Below are positions 1 to 12,923 of a stretch of DNA of 64,000 nucleotides, piece after piece. Within the stretch, counting starts at the first letter, position 1. The number at the start of each line of letters is the position of its first letter. A program made the position numbers and the translations under genes. Source of the DNA: Camelus ferus (taxonomy: Eukaryota); NCBI RefSeq assembly GCF_009834535.1, contig NC_045707.1:52640001-52704000 (forward strand), in the 5' to 3' direction. A model generated the notes under the pieces. It saw only the letters and a list, made by a program, of their open reading frames with translations. It had not been told where the DNA came from and made no database searches.

Positions 1-160
1 TTTTCTCCTTCCTTTTATTATTATTTTAATAATCTTTTTATCTCTTTTGTTGATTTACTAGCCATTAATATTTGTTTTATTGTTTTAGTGTTAGTGTTTA
101 TCGTATGTATTTTGACTTATTATGGTCTACCTTTATATGCTATTATAGCACTACACATAT
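1..160 (-). mobile_element. Old L1M-type LINE fragment interrupted by the LTR at 161
   Basis: T-rich sequence (tttgacttattatggtctacctttata...cactacacat) resembling antisense L1M as I recall it. It appears to resume after the LTR (gatataaaaacctta). Confidence 0.4.
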
Positions 161-982
161 TGTAACCGAACAGGACCCTATTGTCATCAGTGACCATACG
201 GTATCTGTAACTGCTTAACTGTATGATAGTTTAAAGGATTTTTCTTGTGCTTCTGCTGACCAGGACTGGGCTGGGGAGGGGGTGGGGAGGTTCAGTGATC
301 TGCCTCCTTCTGCTCCCAACACCTCAGAAATGGCGGTTGGGTGTTTTGGGCATCATACTGTAAGTAACTCACCTCAACTGTGCATGTCTGCAGTTATTTT
401 TAGCTCCTTCTGGTTTCCTTGTATCCTGTTGCTTAAGGTGCAGGTCCCAGCCTGTGCAAACACTGCAACAAGAGGGCCCAGGTCTAAGCCTGCCTAAAAG
501 GCTAGAAGCATTTATCAACCTGACTTTAAACTGCACAAGTTTTTCTCTAGAGCATTTCTCCACTGCCCCCCTTCCTAAGCACCTTGTTTTAGGCACAAAA
601 ATATTAGAAGAATCCCAAAGCTGGAGGAAAACATCATGCCCAGCAGAGGGAGGGAAGGGGACCATTGCATCTGCAAAACCAAGAACAACTTTGCAACAAT
701 TGTTACTCTTTATGTGATCTCTATGGAAACTAGCTCACCCTTTGAACTCTTGAACATTTACTAAAAAACCTCCTGCATTTTCCAGGCGTCAGAACACGAG
801 ATGGATTCGCGTCTCACTGCCTTCTCCCAGTGCCTTTGGGAATCCCAAAGTTTTGGAGGCGTTACCCTGCTGTAACCTCCTGTACCTGGCAAAGAAATAA
901 AAATAAGTTTCTACTTCATCCAAAACTCTGTCTTTGAGTCTTAATTTGATAAGCGAGGTACAGAGGCTGAGTTTTGGCAACA
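161..982 (+). mobile_element. Solo LTR, ERV1-like
   Basis: Starts TGTAACCGAACAGGACCC and ends GAGTTTTGGCAACA (TG...CA). AATAAA at 896-901. Flanks ATAT/ACAT are a possible 4-bp TSD with 1 mismatch. The 5' end resembles the LTR at 32963. Confidence 0.7.
774..847 (+). repeat. 74-bp dispersed direct repeat, copy 1 (inside the LTR)
   Basis: 72/74 identical to 3551-3624 by direct comparison. Confidence 0.95.
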
Positions 983-1799
983 ACATGATATAAAAACCTT
1001 AAAACCTTTAAGATATAAAACCTTAAAACACCTTTTGCTTCCTTCTTCTAAGCTTTTATGCTCCAGGGGCAGATAAGAAGTGAATTCTAGTTCTTAGGAA
1101 CCTAGTATGTATTTGTTGGTTTGTTTTTTGTTTGTTTATTGAGGAGGCAGGGATGAACGTCTCTTCTCTCCCTACAAAATCTGCCATGAGAGCACCAGGG
1201 ACAGGTAGGAATTTCCTCTTCTATGTGCCCATCTCCCCCTCTTTAACTTTATATGCCCTCCTCTCTGAGACCCTAGTGCCTTGCTCTCTCTGTATTTATA
1301 AAATTCTCCTGTATGTGGGGATGGCAATGGGACACAGGGTTTAATCACATCAATCATGAGAATTTGAGTTGAAAGGTTTCTTTTCCATTGCTCTTTAAAA
1401 CATAACACCTGTGTCTATTTTGTAATAAAAGGCTGTCTCTTGTTAAAAGAATTTCTGGTATGAAGAAATGGATGACAGAAAGGTTCAGGAGAGAATTTTG
1501 GTCAGATCTTTAGGGACGTTCTCAGCCAGTCACTGAGGGCAGCTCGGCAGGGCTGCCGTGGCCTCCGTCCACACCCCTCCTCTCCCTGCAGAAGGGATGG
1601 GAAGTGATCTGAGGAAACACCGGATTCTAAAATAGAAAACCCCATGTGTTTGCTCCTGCAATTACAGTTCTAGAAATCTGTTACAAGGCAGTAGTTCAAA
1701 ACTGAGGCAAGTATTCATATTGATGGATGCTTATTTAAAAACAAACCATATATTAAAAAACAAAATCAGGGAAACTACTTAAGGACTCCAAAGTAGGCT

Positions 1800-2125
1800 G
1801 TTAGTCAAATTCATGCTGACAAATCCATTCGGTGAATACTATGGAGTGTCGTGAAACCTTTAACATTGTTGTTGTAGAAAGACACATGAAAGCACAGAAA
1901 AATGACTCTTGAGAAAGAGTTGAATTGAGAAAAACGATCAAAACCTCTACGCTGACACTAATATTTAAAAGTAAGTGCTGAAGTATTGTAAGAAAATACA
2001 CCCAATCTTTGGGTGGTTGGTTATAGGTTAATTTCATACTCAGTTTTTACATTGTATACATTAAGATTCTACTTTATATAATGAGCATATGTTACATTTA
2101 GAGTCAGTAAAAAAAAGAAAAAAAT
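1800..2125 (+). mobile_element. Old L1ME-like 3' end
   Basis: Degenerate L1 3' sequence (gaatactatggag...tataatgagcatatgttacattt) ending in an A-rich tail at ~2109-2130. Confidence 0.4.
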
Positions 2126-3550
2126 TAAAAGTAAGAGAAAATGATGAGTCAAGCTGGCATTAAAGCCCGGAGCTGGTGCTTCCCTGATGAGTTTTCACTG
2201 TGATGTTTATCTTCTTGTTTCCGCCTCCCCTGCTGAGGGAGGGGCTGTGCTACCCACGTCTATGGTTGCCCGTCTTTTAAGAAGACAGACTGGACTCCCC
2301 AGGACGTATGACCTTTCCCAGATGCATACCCGCCTTCTACTGCTTTCTGAAAACTGTCTCAAAGCAACAGAAATAACCTCTCACCGCTGATGAAGTATAG
2401 GGATCTGTACTTAAAAGAATGCCTGGCGGGGCACTTCACCTAGGGGACCCAATTAGGAGCAGAGAAAGGCAGCTTTTCTGCAAGGACGTCCAAAGGGGCT
2501 GTCACCTGCAGGCTGTGCGATGCAGTGGCCAGGCGGGAGGGGAGGCCTACACCACCGGTCACCATCGCTTCATTTGACTCTGCCTAAAGCCGCAGGTTCA
2601 TGCATAATCCTCTTTGATGAAACAGCAAAACAGTCTCCAATCAGACTTTGGGTGTTCTCCATTTTAGATTTAGAGTCTATTCAAAACATACCATGTTCTG
2701 TCATACTCTTCTAAGCTGCAATGCAAATTCAGCCTCTGTCCTCATTAGGGGGTTTCTGGGGGTATCTCAGCAGGGGGTGCAGCGCCAGCCAAAGAACAAA
2801 CCCCACTGTGATGGCACCAGGGTCCCCAGCGCCCTGCAGGTGTCCCGCGCCTTAGCAGTGGGACAGAGCCATCCTCCTGATGACACAGCCCACTCAGGGG
2901 CTCACGTTGCCGCTGCTGCCCACTCCGAGCAAGTTAAAGCACCTTTGTGTTCCACCAGACACAGCAGCCTTGGCCTGTCCTCGGCCACCCCCATTACCCG
3001 TCTTCGGTCCTGCCCACTTCCCTCTGGCATCTCTTCTCCCCAGAAAGGCCTCGGCACCAGACCTTTGTATGCGGTGGGGCGGAGGATGGAGGGGAGGCAG
3101 GCATCTGGGATGAAGCTCTTACCAGGGGCATGGCAGGGACCCCGCACAACGGTTCTCTCTTCCTTCAGGCAGTGTCTCGGGACCTCGCTCGCTCCTGCCT
3201 GCATCTCCCACGTGCTCACTGGTCCTGGGAGCTTCTCACAGACACACGCCAGATCCAGCCTGTAAAGCACAGTCACCTCCCAGGAAATGAGACACGTAAA
3301 AGCACTTATCCCTCCCTCTCTGCAGTTTAAATCCTTCACCGTCAGCTTCCTGCCCAGCCGTGCCCACATCTTCTCACATTTTATGTCTAAAGCCACTCCT
3401 TCATCTGTGGCTCATGCCTTTTAGGATCACGTAGCAGGATTGCCTGGAAGAGCAGATGATGTAATAGACATGGTGCTGCTTTGAACAGTGACAGACAGCC
3501 CGTCCAGAAACGCGGCGTTTGTACTGTTACTTCATAGTGTCCATAGTCGA

Positions 3551-3624
3551 TGCATTTTCCGGGCATCAGAACACGAGATGGATTCGCGTCTCACTGCCTT
3601 CTCCCAGTGCCTTTGGGAATCCCA
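3551..3624 (+). repeat. 74-bp dispersed direct repeat, copy 2
   Basis: 72/74 identical to 774-847. Confidence 0.95.
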
Positions 3625-5714
3625 GCTCATCAAGAAAGCTGGGAAGACAGGGAGAGGCGGGAGGGGTGTGTTACAGACACAGCTGCCATCCCGCCCTCCT
3701 CACAGTCCACCTCGAGCTCCAGACTGAGATGCCTGGGTGTGCGCCTCCGCTCCGCTGACTGCTTGTGTACTTAGCTTGCTCTACCAGTTCAGCTAACCTT
3801 GTTGTGCCTCTGTTGGTGGAAAAATGGCAGTAGTGACGGTGAGTACTCTGTAGGGTTGAAGTAGAGATGAAAAGAGAGAGCGCCTTCCCGAGTGCCGCGC
3901 ACACACGCACCTGCTGATTTCCAAGTCCGATGCAAGAATCGCTCCAACACCACGCACTCTCACCAGCACAGGAAAGCACGGAGCTCCTCCTCACCTAACC
4001 CGCGGTGACGGGGCTGCACAGCTCGAAGTCTGCAGCGGGGAGCAGTGTCTCAGATGCTTCAGGGAACATACTGTTAGGAACACGTTTGGAGTTTGTCCCT
4101 TAGGCTGCGTTCTCGGAAGTAGACTTATGCAGGTGAGAGTCAGCACCATTTCCAAAACTGCTTTCCAAAAAGTCTGCTCTGATGAATCCTCCCACCAGAG
4201 ACCCTCATCTCTCTGCACCCCTGCTGTATCCTGCATTTTCCCATGCTCTGAAGCTGAGAGTATTTTGCACAGACATGTGAAAACATCATATAAAATCCAG
4301 GTAGGAAGTCCATTAAGAACTCTTGGAGACTCTGCAGGGTGAAAGACATTAGGCTGAGCCAGGGGACACAGGTCAAGGTCAAGAGGGAGGAGGTGTGGAC
4401 GGCCACTGCCCACCCCAGGCCCCCACACAGGGCAGACCCAACAGCTGGCCTGGCCCATCTCCTCCCCCAAAGCGGGAGCATCTGGAATCCATCAGGCTTT
4501 CTGACCCTAACTGTTTTCTCTTCTTCAATCTTAACTTTATACTTGGGCCAATTCCTTCAAAGAGAGCTGAATGTTTCTGCTTCGGAGTCAGACGAAACTC
4601 CTTGTTTCCTGTGTTTAGATCAATAAAACGGGCAAAACTAATTTAAAGAACTATTGACCCTCTTGGTTGTCTGCACACTTTATTTTCATCTTGCTGTATG
4701 TTTGTAGCCATGGGGGCATTTTTTTTTTTAAGGGGAGAGGTAAAAATTCTATTTCTGATCTCGCTGGAGCATCTCTGTGGCAGCGCTTCATCCATTTGGC
4801 TGCCGGGAATGCGCCCATGGTTCTCACTGCGCGAGAGGAATGGAGATTGATGCTCCTCGTCTGTTCTGTGCACTCCGACTCCAGCTCGTGGCCTCGGCAA
4901 GCCGCGACTGTTAGACGCTTTAGAAATGGTCAGCTGGAGGCAACAGATGATTTCTGAATTCAATCCAAAGCTGAGGCCGTCAGAGGTGTTTTGGGCTTCT
5001 TCCAAGCCGACGCAAGCTTCCCCAGACTGCGCTGAGCCGACAGAATGATTTCTCTCCAAACCCAGTGGGCCAGAGTCCTTGAGCTCCCAGAGGCTTACGC
5101 CTCGGGGAGCCCGAGCAGCCAGTCATAAGCCACTCTGTGTCTGATCTATAAGTTACCAGCCCCAGGCTCGAAGGCCTGTGAGTCAAGTGTAACCATCGCG
5201 TACCTGGAGGCCCTGGAATGAAGCACTCAGTTCATCATCGGAAGATGCCATCTGCCCCTTCTGGTCTTGTGTCAGTGGTTGGATAGTCAGGCTTTTTGTT
5301 CAGAATAGGGCTCTTGCGGAGAAATGGGCACTCAGTCATTTCATTCACTCTCTCATCTGACACTTATGGGTACCACGAATGCACAGTTTCCACGAATAGC
5401 CTTGTGTCCACACCACGAGGCTCGTGGACTGGGGTTTCTGCCTAAGTATGCACAGGTTGGTGCTTTCAGGGCCTGATGGATGACGGGGCAGGAAGGGGGT
5501 GGGTGGGAGAGGACTGGGTCTGCCCTGCTGGGGGTGACCCCGGAGAGAGGGGACGCTGCTCGTCTGATAGAGAGGTGGTGAGCTGTGCATGTTCCTCATA
5601 CGTCAACGAGCCGCAGGTGCCTTATTCAGGCTTTCACTGAGCCAGTCAATTCTGAGTGAAATGCACTGATTTTCATTATGCAGAACATAGTGAGCCTTTG
5701 AAGACTTATCGAGT

Positions 5715-6200
5715 CCAGTTCAGTTCGATGAATCAGCACCGAGCACCTGCTCTAGGCAGACCAGCCGTTCAGCTTGCAGGCAGGAAGACAGAGATGATGA
5801 GAGAGCAGATCATTCTCAGGGATCCCCCCGCCTCTGCAGAGGGATGAGCCGTGAACACGAATAACCAGCACCGGAGGAAGAGGGACAAATGCTCACAAAA
5901 GGGTGTGAGGATTTGCAGAGACGTGAGATCAGGTGAGATCAGCGGGGCTTTCTGAAGGAGCTGTGATTTCGGCGCGGGGGGGGCGGGGGGGGGCTTGGAG
6001 GGGCGGGCAGGGGGCTGGCTGAGCGTTGGGGCAGGTGGGGAAGGCAGCATGGGCAGAGGGCCCGGGGGGGCGGGGTGTGTCTGTGGTACGTGTGGAAATG
6101 GGTGGGGGACGTTGGTGATGGATTCCACAGAGAGACCCCGTGAAACACAGAGGTGCTGAGGACAATGAGGCCTTTGTGGGTCTGGTCTGGCACAGTGGCC
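5715..6200 (-). mobile_element. L2 LINE fragment with expanded G-runs
   Basis: Antisense L2-tail-like start (ttcagttcgatgaatcagcaccgagcacctgctctaggc) followed by purine-rich L2-like body. Confidence 0.4.
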
Positions 6201-7396
6201 TCAGACCCGGCACGGCATCTCACTTCCGTGTTGTAACAGGCACACACGTGTTCCAGCAGCTTTCATCCCTGCTCTCCTCCACCCTCGTGGCCTCAGCAGC
6301 AGCCAGGCATGACTAAGTGCATCACAAAATTAGCATCATGTGATCAGCACCACAGTTTGTACCAAGTGTTTAATTCTTTTTCCCCCTCTGGGAACTATAC
6401 AGACCGAGGACCCTTAATCCTTTATGTAAATTGGCTGCAAAATATTATTTCAACTGAGGATTTGTTTTTTTAAGAAGGAGAAGGGAAATGGGGAAACATG
6501 GTAAATATTTTAATGGAAAGCTTTTTCAGCAAATGGCTTGAAGTGTTAGCAATAGATTTCAGATAAAGTCCTGGTTGACATTAGAAGATCGTGGTACATG
6601 TAGAAACTTTGAATTGTGTCGGCCAGAGTTTTGCCTTCCATTTATAACAACTTTTTATAGCTGATATGCACTGTTTATTCAGATTCGTGCTCTGCTGCAA
6701 TGTTGGCTACTTTAAAATCATATCTTGTTTACATTTTCATTATTTTTATAACCTACATTTTAAAGCTATAAGGTATATTTTGATTTTATGGGGCTTTAAA
6801 AGGCTGCACATATACATGGCGGCTGTAAATTATTCAGACTGATGTTTTGGAGCAGTTTGTGAAAAGTATGGCTGTGGTTTACACTTAATCACAAAAATAT
6901 CATCACCATTAAAAATATTTCTGGGAAGCCCATTGTATATAGCCTGTACTCAGTGCTGGGCACCAAAGAGGCTGAAGAAATGGCCACCACCCTTAAGGAT
7001 GCCACAGGCCATTTGACGACACAGGACAGAAAATAGAACACTCCCCAAAGATAGCATCATGTCACTGACAAGACCAGGACAGGTGGAGGTGGAGGGCAAG
7101 GCTAGACCTGAAGGGAAAGGCTCTTTGGAGGATGACCCAGTGTTTGACGAAGCAGGTTGGGAGCTGAGATGCCCCTCGGTCTTTCGTTTTTGTCCTCTTT
7201 CCCTTGTATTCTTCCAATTGTATTGGTTTTTTTTTATTTCAAAAAAAATTAGAATATTGAATATATTCACATTTCAAAATTTAAAAGATAGGGAAGCATT
7301 CACAACATTACCATTCATAAAGTGAGACTGTTAGGTATAAACCTAACAAAGCAGGTGCAAAAGCCGTATCTGATGAGCAAAATCAGAGAAGAACCA

Positions 7397-7870
7397 GGGA
7401 GCTCCCGAGGCGGCGGAGTCAGAAGGCCCCGGGCTCCCCTCCCCCCCGTGCGCACACTGAATTCCAGCTGTTCGCAGAGAAACCATTGACGAGGAAGACT
7501 GGGACCTGCCAGGAAAGCTCTTCTGCAACCAAAGAGATAAAAAGAAGCCACACTGACACGGGTCGGAGGGGTGGAGTCACGGTGCGGTCAAGACCCACAG
7601 CCCTGGGGGGGTGACCCACAAACGGGAGAAAACCTACAATTACTGAGGTTCTCCCCAAAGAGGGAGGGCCCTGAGCCCCACCTCGAGCTCCCCAGCCCAG
7701 GCGTCCTGCTCCAGCGGGACAAGCCCCCAGAACTTTGGCTCGGAAGCCCAGCAGGGCTTACTTTCTGGAGTCCCGGAGGGCTGTGGGAACTGGAAACTCC
7801 AACCTGAAAGGGTGCACACAAAGTCTTGCACGCTCAAGGCCCCAGCGCGGAAGCAGCCATTTGAAAGGAG
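7397..7870 (+). mobile_element. Isolated L1 5'UTR fragment (older laurasiatherian/artiodactyl L1 type)
   Basis: The first ~60 nt (GAGGCGGCGGAGTCAGAAGG...GCTCCCCTCCCCCC...CACAC) align with the 5' end of the full-length L1 in this window (AAGATGGTGGAGTAGAAGG...GCTCACCTTCTCCC...TACAC). Downstream blocks (GACCCACAAACGGGAG, GAGGTTCTCCCCAA, GCCCCCAGAAC, ATTTGAAAGGAG) match an L1 5'UTR consensus as I recall it. Confidence 0.7.
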
Positions 7871-7989
7871 TCCGCTTCTTGTCTCCCATGGGACCTGCCG
7901 CAGCTCCTGGCCCCCTGCCGTCTCACCTGCACACAGTCCTCGCTCAGCCTGTGCGCATCTGACACCTGCACGGCCCCCTCTCTCACCGG

Positions 7990-8380
7990 GGAGACCTTCC
8001 TCTCCCGGCTCTGCAGAAGCCAGTTCTGGGACAAGAATCAGAGGGCAAGGAGTTTTACTTGGGGTAGGGGGCGTGGTCCCGGGAAGCCCCGGCAGGGAGG
8101 TGGGAAGGGAGGAAAGGAGAGGGAGGGTGCGCTGTCAGGGCAAAGAGGGTGTGCTGGAGCCTCAGACACAGCTCAAAGTCTCCATTATTCATCGCCTCCC
8201 GGCCGGTCCCTGCTGGCAGGCTGCTTGGGGGCAGGACCTCTCCCAGCCTGATGGCTGGCTCACCGGGCCCAAAGACCTCCCTGAACGTCCTGCAGGAACT
8301 CCAGAGGGAGCACTGCCTTGGGAGGACACAGGGAGGTGCCTGGGACATGGGATGGGGGGCAAGCGTGGGCACCACGTGCC
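7990..8380. mobile_element. ERVL-type LTR remnant (LTR33-like)
   Basis: cagaagccagttctgggacaagaatcagagggcaaggagttttacttgggg...cccgggaagc resembles the LTR33 consensus from memory. Confidence 0.4.
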
Positions 8381-8877
8381 CCCCACGCCTCCATTTACCC
8401 CTTACCCCACCGTCCTTAGCTTTTATCTGCAATAGGTGCATGTTTATAGAAGATTTCACACTCCATCAGCGCGTGGGCTTATTCTGTTTAATTCCCCGTG
8501 GCGCACAGTAGGTGCCCTTGTGTAAACATCTGTGACGTGGAGCAGGGGACAGATATGTGTTAAATTTAATTGCCTACCTACTTTGTTTTATTTTTCATCT
8601 ACAAATTAATCCTAGACCAAGGATGCCTCATTTATTCACTACTGCATCTCAAAGATTCTGTTTTCAGGGCACAGCAGGGCCTCAGTCATGGGTCATGTTT
8701 GACAATGGCCTCAATCCAGGCCATTAAAAAATTCGCTGTGACAACTTCTGCTAAGTGTAGTTTTTGTTACATTTCTCAATATATTTAATACTTTTCAGTG
8801 CAATGGAGAATCTTTATTTTCACATTTCTTTATTTCACCAAATGTGGGGAAAGGCACTCTTCTTTCTGTCACCTTTT

Positions 8878-9036
8878 ATCTATTATCTCTCCATTATATG
8901 TCTACTTTCTATCTATTATCTACCTACCAATCTATCTAATCTATCTATCTATCTATCTAATCTATTGTCTATTTTCTATTATCTACCTACCAATCTATCT
9001 ATCTAATCTATCTATCTGTGATCTATCTATTATCTA
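8878..9036. repeat. Degenerate (TCTA)n/(ATCT)n microsatellite
   Basis: Visible tetranucleotide repeat with an internal duplicated block (tctattatctacctaccaatctatct). Confidence 0.9.
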
Positions 9037-11314
9037 TTTGTCTTGTGTGCACGTGTGTGCAGTGGCCAAGGCAGTGTAGAATGTTAGTAAAGGCAAGTTC
9101 CTCGGATACAGATGTTTGGGGTTACAGGTGAGCAAGTTGAGACTCAAGTGTCTTTGTGATGCAGTCAAGCTCGTGTTATTAAACGTGCCAGACCAGGACT
9201 GGAACGAGGACTGCCTGCCTCCTAGGACAGCATTCTTTCCGCCACACAATGACATCTTCTTTCATGAGCTGCTGTATTAAATGGACAAGCCAGTTTCCTT
9301 TTGCATGGTCTGGGTCTTATAGAAGGGCTTCTTGAGTGTTAGTTAGCCCTCAAGTGAACGTCTGAGCTTGAGCGATATGATTACTCCTTCCCTATGTGGG
9401 AAGGGAGACATCTGTGTGAGGCTGAGGGACTGGCCATTGGTCACAGGAACCATGTGTTTGAATTTAGCAGCCTCTCTCGGGTGTTGGACCAACCCTTTCT
9501 TGTGGTTCAGAGAACAAAACATTGCGCAGATCAGGGAGCCGCATCCTGACTTCAGCCCACCTGGACTCTGAATGCATGAAAGCAATTTCCCCACAATCCT
9601 CGCATCAGGGAGCACTTCCTCACCTGAGTCTCGAGAGAGAGCCGTCATGGCTGTCAGAAAGCCATATGTTTACTACAAGAAAGTTTTAGATGGGGAGCAA
9701 ACTGTCCAGAGGACATGGCACCTCTTTTGAATCAGCAAAGCATCACCAGGGGCACTATAGATGGGCTGCTTTCTTTGACTGAGCTGGAGGAACCCTGGGG
9801 GCTCAGCCTTGCCTGTGGGCTCCACAGTGGTCTTCAGCCAACAGCCTTCACTCACCTCTGACCCAAAAGGGGGGTATCCCCCAACCCCAGCCTCACTCTT
9901 CTTACTGATGGCTATGAATTTGCCTCTGCTATAGACAGCAATGGCCCCATCCCCTCCTTTTCCACACCTCACAGGTGCACTGCCCGCCCCACCTACACAT
10001 CCACACTAAAATGCTGCTGTTGCTGCTCTGAATTGCACCCAGATAACTGAGCCCACACCAGCTGTCAGACTCCAGTGTGAGAGTCTGGGAGAGATGCTCT
10101 CGCTCACCTCTCCTCTGGAAAGCACTCAGCAGGCACCACCCTCACTGCTGGATTCTCCCCTCTCTCTTGGGCACTCCCAGGCCACCACATCATTCACAGT
10201 CCTAAAATGCAGGTGCAGTCTGGGCGGGGAGTCCAAGCAGCAAAGCCATGAGATAGGGTGGCAGCCGTCTCCCCACTCCTTGAACATTTGTCTCTCTTCC
10301 TGGGCTGGTGTCACTCCACTTCTTTTAAAACCAAGAGACACAAGTGTCAGATTTGAGTTAGGTATGTAGTATGGACTTACATGCATATTTGATGAAAAAG
10401 CAGGGTCCTGGTTTTATTTTCCTGAAAAGAAAATTGCAGAAAAGATAAGAAAAAGGCCCCATACATCACTGTAAATCAGGAAGAATAGAGGCAGAGTAAG
10501 TAACACGTTGCTTATGAGGACACCGGGCTGGCCGAGGTGGATATTTTATGCTCCGGTCACCTGCTGAACCATGAGGTTGCTCGAGGTCAGTAAAACCCCT
10601 GACATGTGGGGCTGTTTCAATTCTGCCAGTGCCCTTTTAGAGCCAGACTGACAGCATGGACGGGGTGGGCGTGGGCACAGAGGCTGTGGACGTGCTCATC
10701 CGTTTGGTTCCCTGAGGCAAAGAGATGCCCTGTTTTCCCACCATTGTCAGCCATGATAGAAAGTATTGCCCTTGGCACCTCTGTTATCCCCGCTGCTGAT
10801 CTGTGCATTTCCATGGCAACGGCCAGTGCAGCACCCAGCTCTTCATGGGTCCCCTCCACCTCCCCCTCTGGTAGGCAGCTGACGGCTAATGCAATCCCCA
10901 TGCCGTGGGTAAGTGAAACTTCACCGTCACTGGTCCACGTGGCTGGAGAGGAAGAAAGGTTCCTAACCGCATTAGCAGACACAGCCCCTGTTGGACGTTT
11001 GGCCAAGACCTCGCTTTCTCGGTCGGTGTTTCCTGTGCAGGCATCTCGCCCACGTTCTGCTTTCAGAAGCCCTGGTCTCTTCCATTTTAAACAGAGAAAA
11101 TAGAGCAGCATGTCTCCGATCCCCCCTGTTTGCAAACAAGTAAATGGAGGTGTCTCCCACTGCCCCTCTGCCTCCTGCCTGCTTCAGAGGAAGGAAATCT
11201 GGGCTGAGTTTGGACCCGCTTTCTGGCTCTGATGGGGCCCCTCACCGGGGATGTGTGTGTGGGGGCACTCACCCTTTCCCCCAGTAAGTTTAGAGCATGT
11301 CTTGTTCTCATTTT

Positions 11315-11452
11315 CATTTTTTTTAATTCTTTTTTTTATTGGGGGAGGAATTTGGTTTATTTATTTATTTCTGGAGGGGGCACTGGGGATTGAGCCAGGA
11401 CCTCGTGTGTGCCAAGCATGTGCTCTACCACCTGAGCTGCTCCCTCCCCCCC
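11315..11452 (-). mobile_element. Camelid tRNA-derived SINE (Vic-1-like)
   Basis: Minus strand reads GGGGAGGGAGCAGCTCAGGTGGTAGAGCACATGCTTGGCACACACGAGGTCCTGGCTCAATCCCCAG...AAATAAATAAATAAACC...A-rich tail, with tRNA-like A/B boxes. Degenerate TSD tgttctcatttt / tgtgctcacttt. Confidence 0.85.
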
Positions 11453-12923
11453 TGTGCTCACTTTTGAAGCCCAGTTCCCGGGCTTAGCATTCAGCCACTT
11501 GGGCCTGGGTCACTGGAAGGGCTGTCCCAGGCCCTGTGTGGATGGGAGCATCCTGTCCCACGGTAAAGGCGGGTGGCTGTTCGCCTTCCTTGGGGGCAAG
11601 GGGAGAGACACCCTTTGACCTGTGAATGACTTTGGGGGCCACTCAATTTTAGGTAAAGAGGTAGCTTTGAAAGAATAAGTGATTTGGGAGACTGTTAATG
11701 GACTTGTGAGACATCTGTGTTAGTTCTGACTCTCACTCTCATAATTTATTTATTGAAATATTGAGTTACTGTCAATATTGTTTCAAGTGTAAGAAACTTT
11801 GAGTTAACCAAAGAATATCTGTTCATGAAGGGTGGAGGCATCTTTAAAAAACAGTGTTCCAGGGGCTCTTCCACTCGCTTTAAGCAAACAGTATTTTTCT
11901 AACAATTGCATCTGTTGGGGTGTGATTGGACACAGAGCATTTGAGATTTTCCTACAATATGTAACAATATGATACAGACATTGGGTTGATACCCTTCTCG
12001 CCCTGTTCTATGCTGCCAGCACTAATGTATGACAGAAATAGCAACAAACTAGAACCAGCAATTAAAGTGCCTGCCGGTGAGTTTAAACGTGCCCCCAGCT
12101 CAGAGCCACAGAAAGAGCTTCAATCAAGTTAGGAGATTATGATATATCCTCCAGCGATTAAAGAAAATTGTCCATAAGGTATCAGATATAAACATCGTTA
12201 GCATTTAGATAAGAATATTAATTTCCCTCTGTATTAGTTTTCACATTTCTCTGTGGAATGTGAAACCATGTCAGGGGAAAGCAAGCAAATGTAAGTAATA
12301 TTTATAGTAAAACCAAAACACAATATTGAAGTGCACATCCACAAGCGGCAGAGCTCCTGGGACCCAGAATTGCTCCCGCGCACCCCTCCCCCACCCTCAG
12401 CAGGGCGGCCTTCCTGGAGGAAGACGCCCTGACGCCCAGCTCTTGTCTTCCTTGTCCTGCTGTTTGCAGCTTGGTCAGAACGGGTGTTTAGCATCTGCTG
12501 ACCCTCTGTGAGTGCTTGGCTGCTGTGCCGTGGGGTCCTCGGCCCACAGGTGCACAGGAGCACAGGAGAGAGCTTCGTTTCCAAAACCAGAAACGTTCTT
12601 TCCCAGGGGTGGCCTCAATCTCGGCGTCTTGCTGTGCGGCCTCCTCGGCGCCTGGGAGCAGAGTCCTCCAGGGCCGAGGAGGCGGCGGCCTGGGAGCACA
12701 GGGCTCGCGTCCTGGAGTTCCCTCCCTTTGCCAGGGCCCAGTCACTGCCGCAGCGGAGAACTTCAGGCTCTGCTAACTCAGGATCGGGGTGGAGATGCCA
12801 AGGGCACCTCCTCAGAGAAAGCAACGCTTGAGGATCTTCACCCCAGCGTGGTCAGGTCTCCACGGTAAGCCTCGAATCACCTCCGTTGTTTGGACAGAAA
12901 ACCTAGTTGCTTCACGTAGAGTC

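Noticed and set aside
2648..3396. Overlapping 127-205 aa ORFs (similar clusters at 7812-8511 and 10606-11135)
   Set aside because: Open on both strands in GC-rich DNA, with no recognisable protein family or exon structure.
11370..11452. tRNA-like sequence (also ~42210-42286)
   Set aside because: SINE head with A-rich tail and decayed stems, not a tRNA gene.
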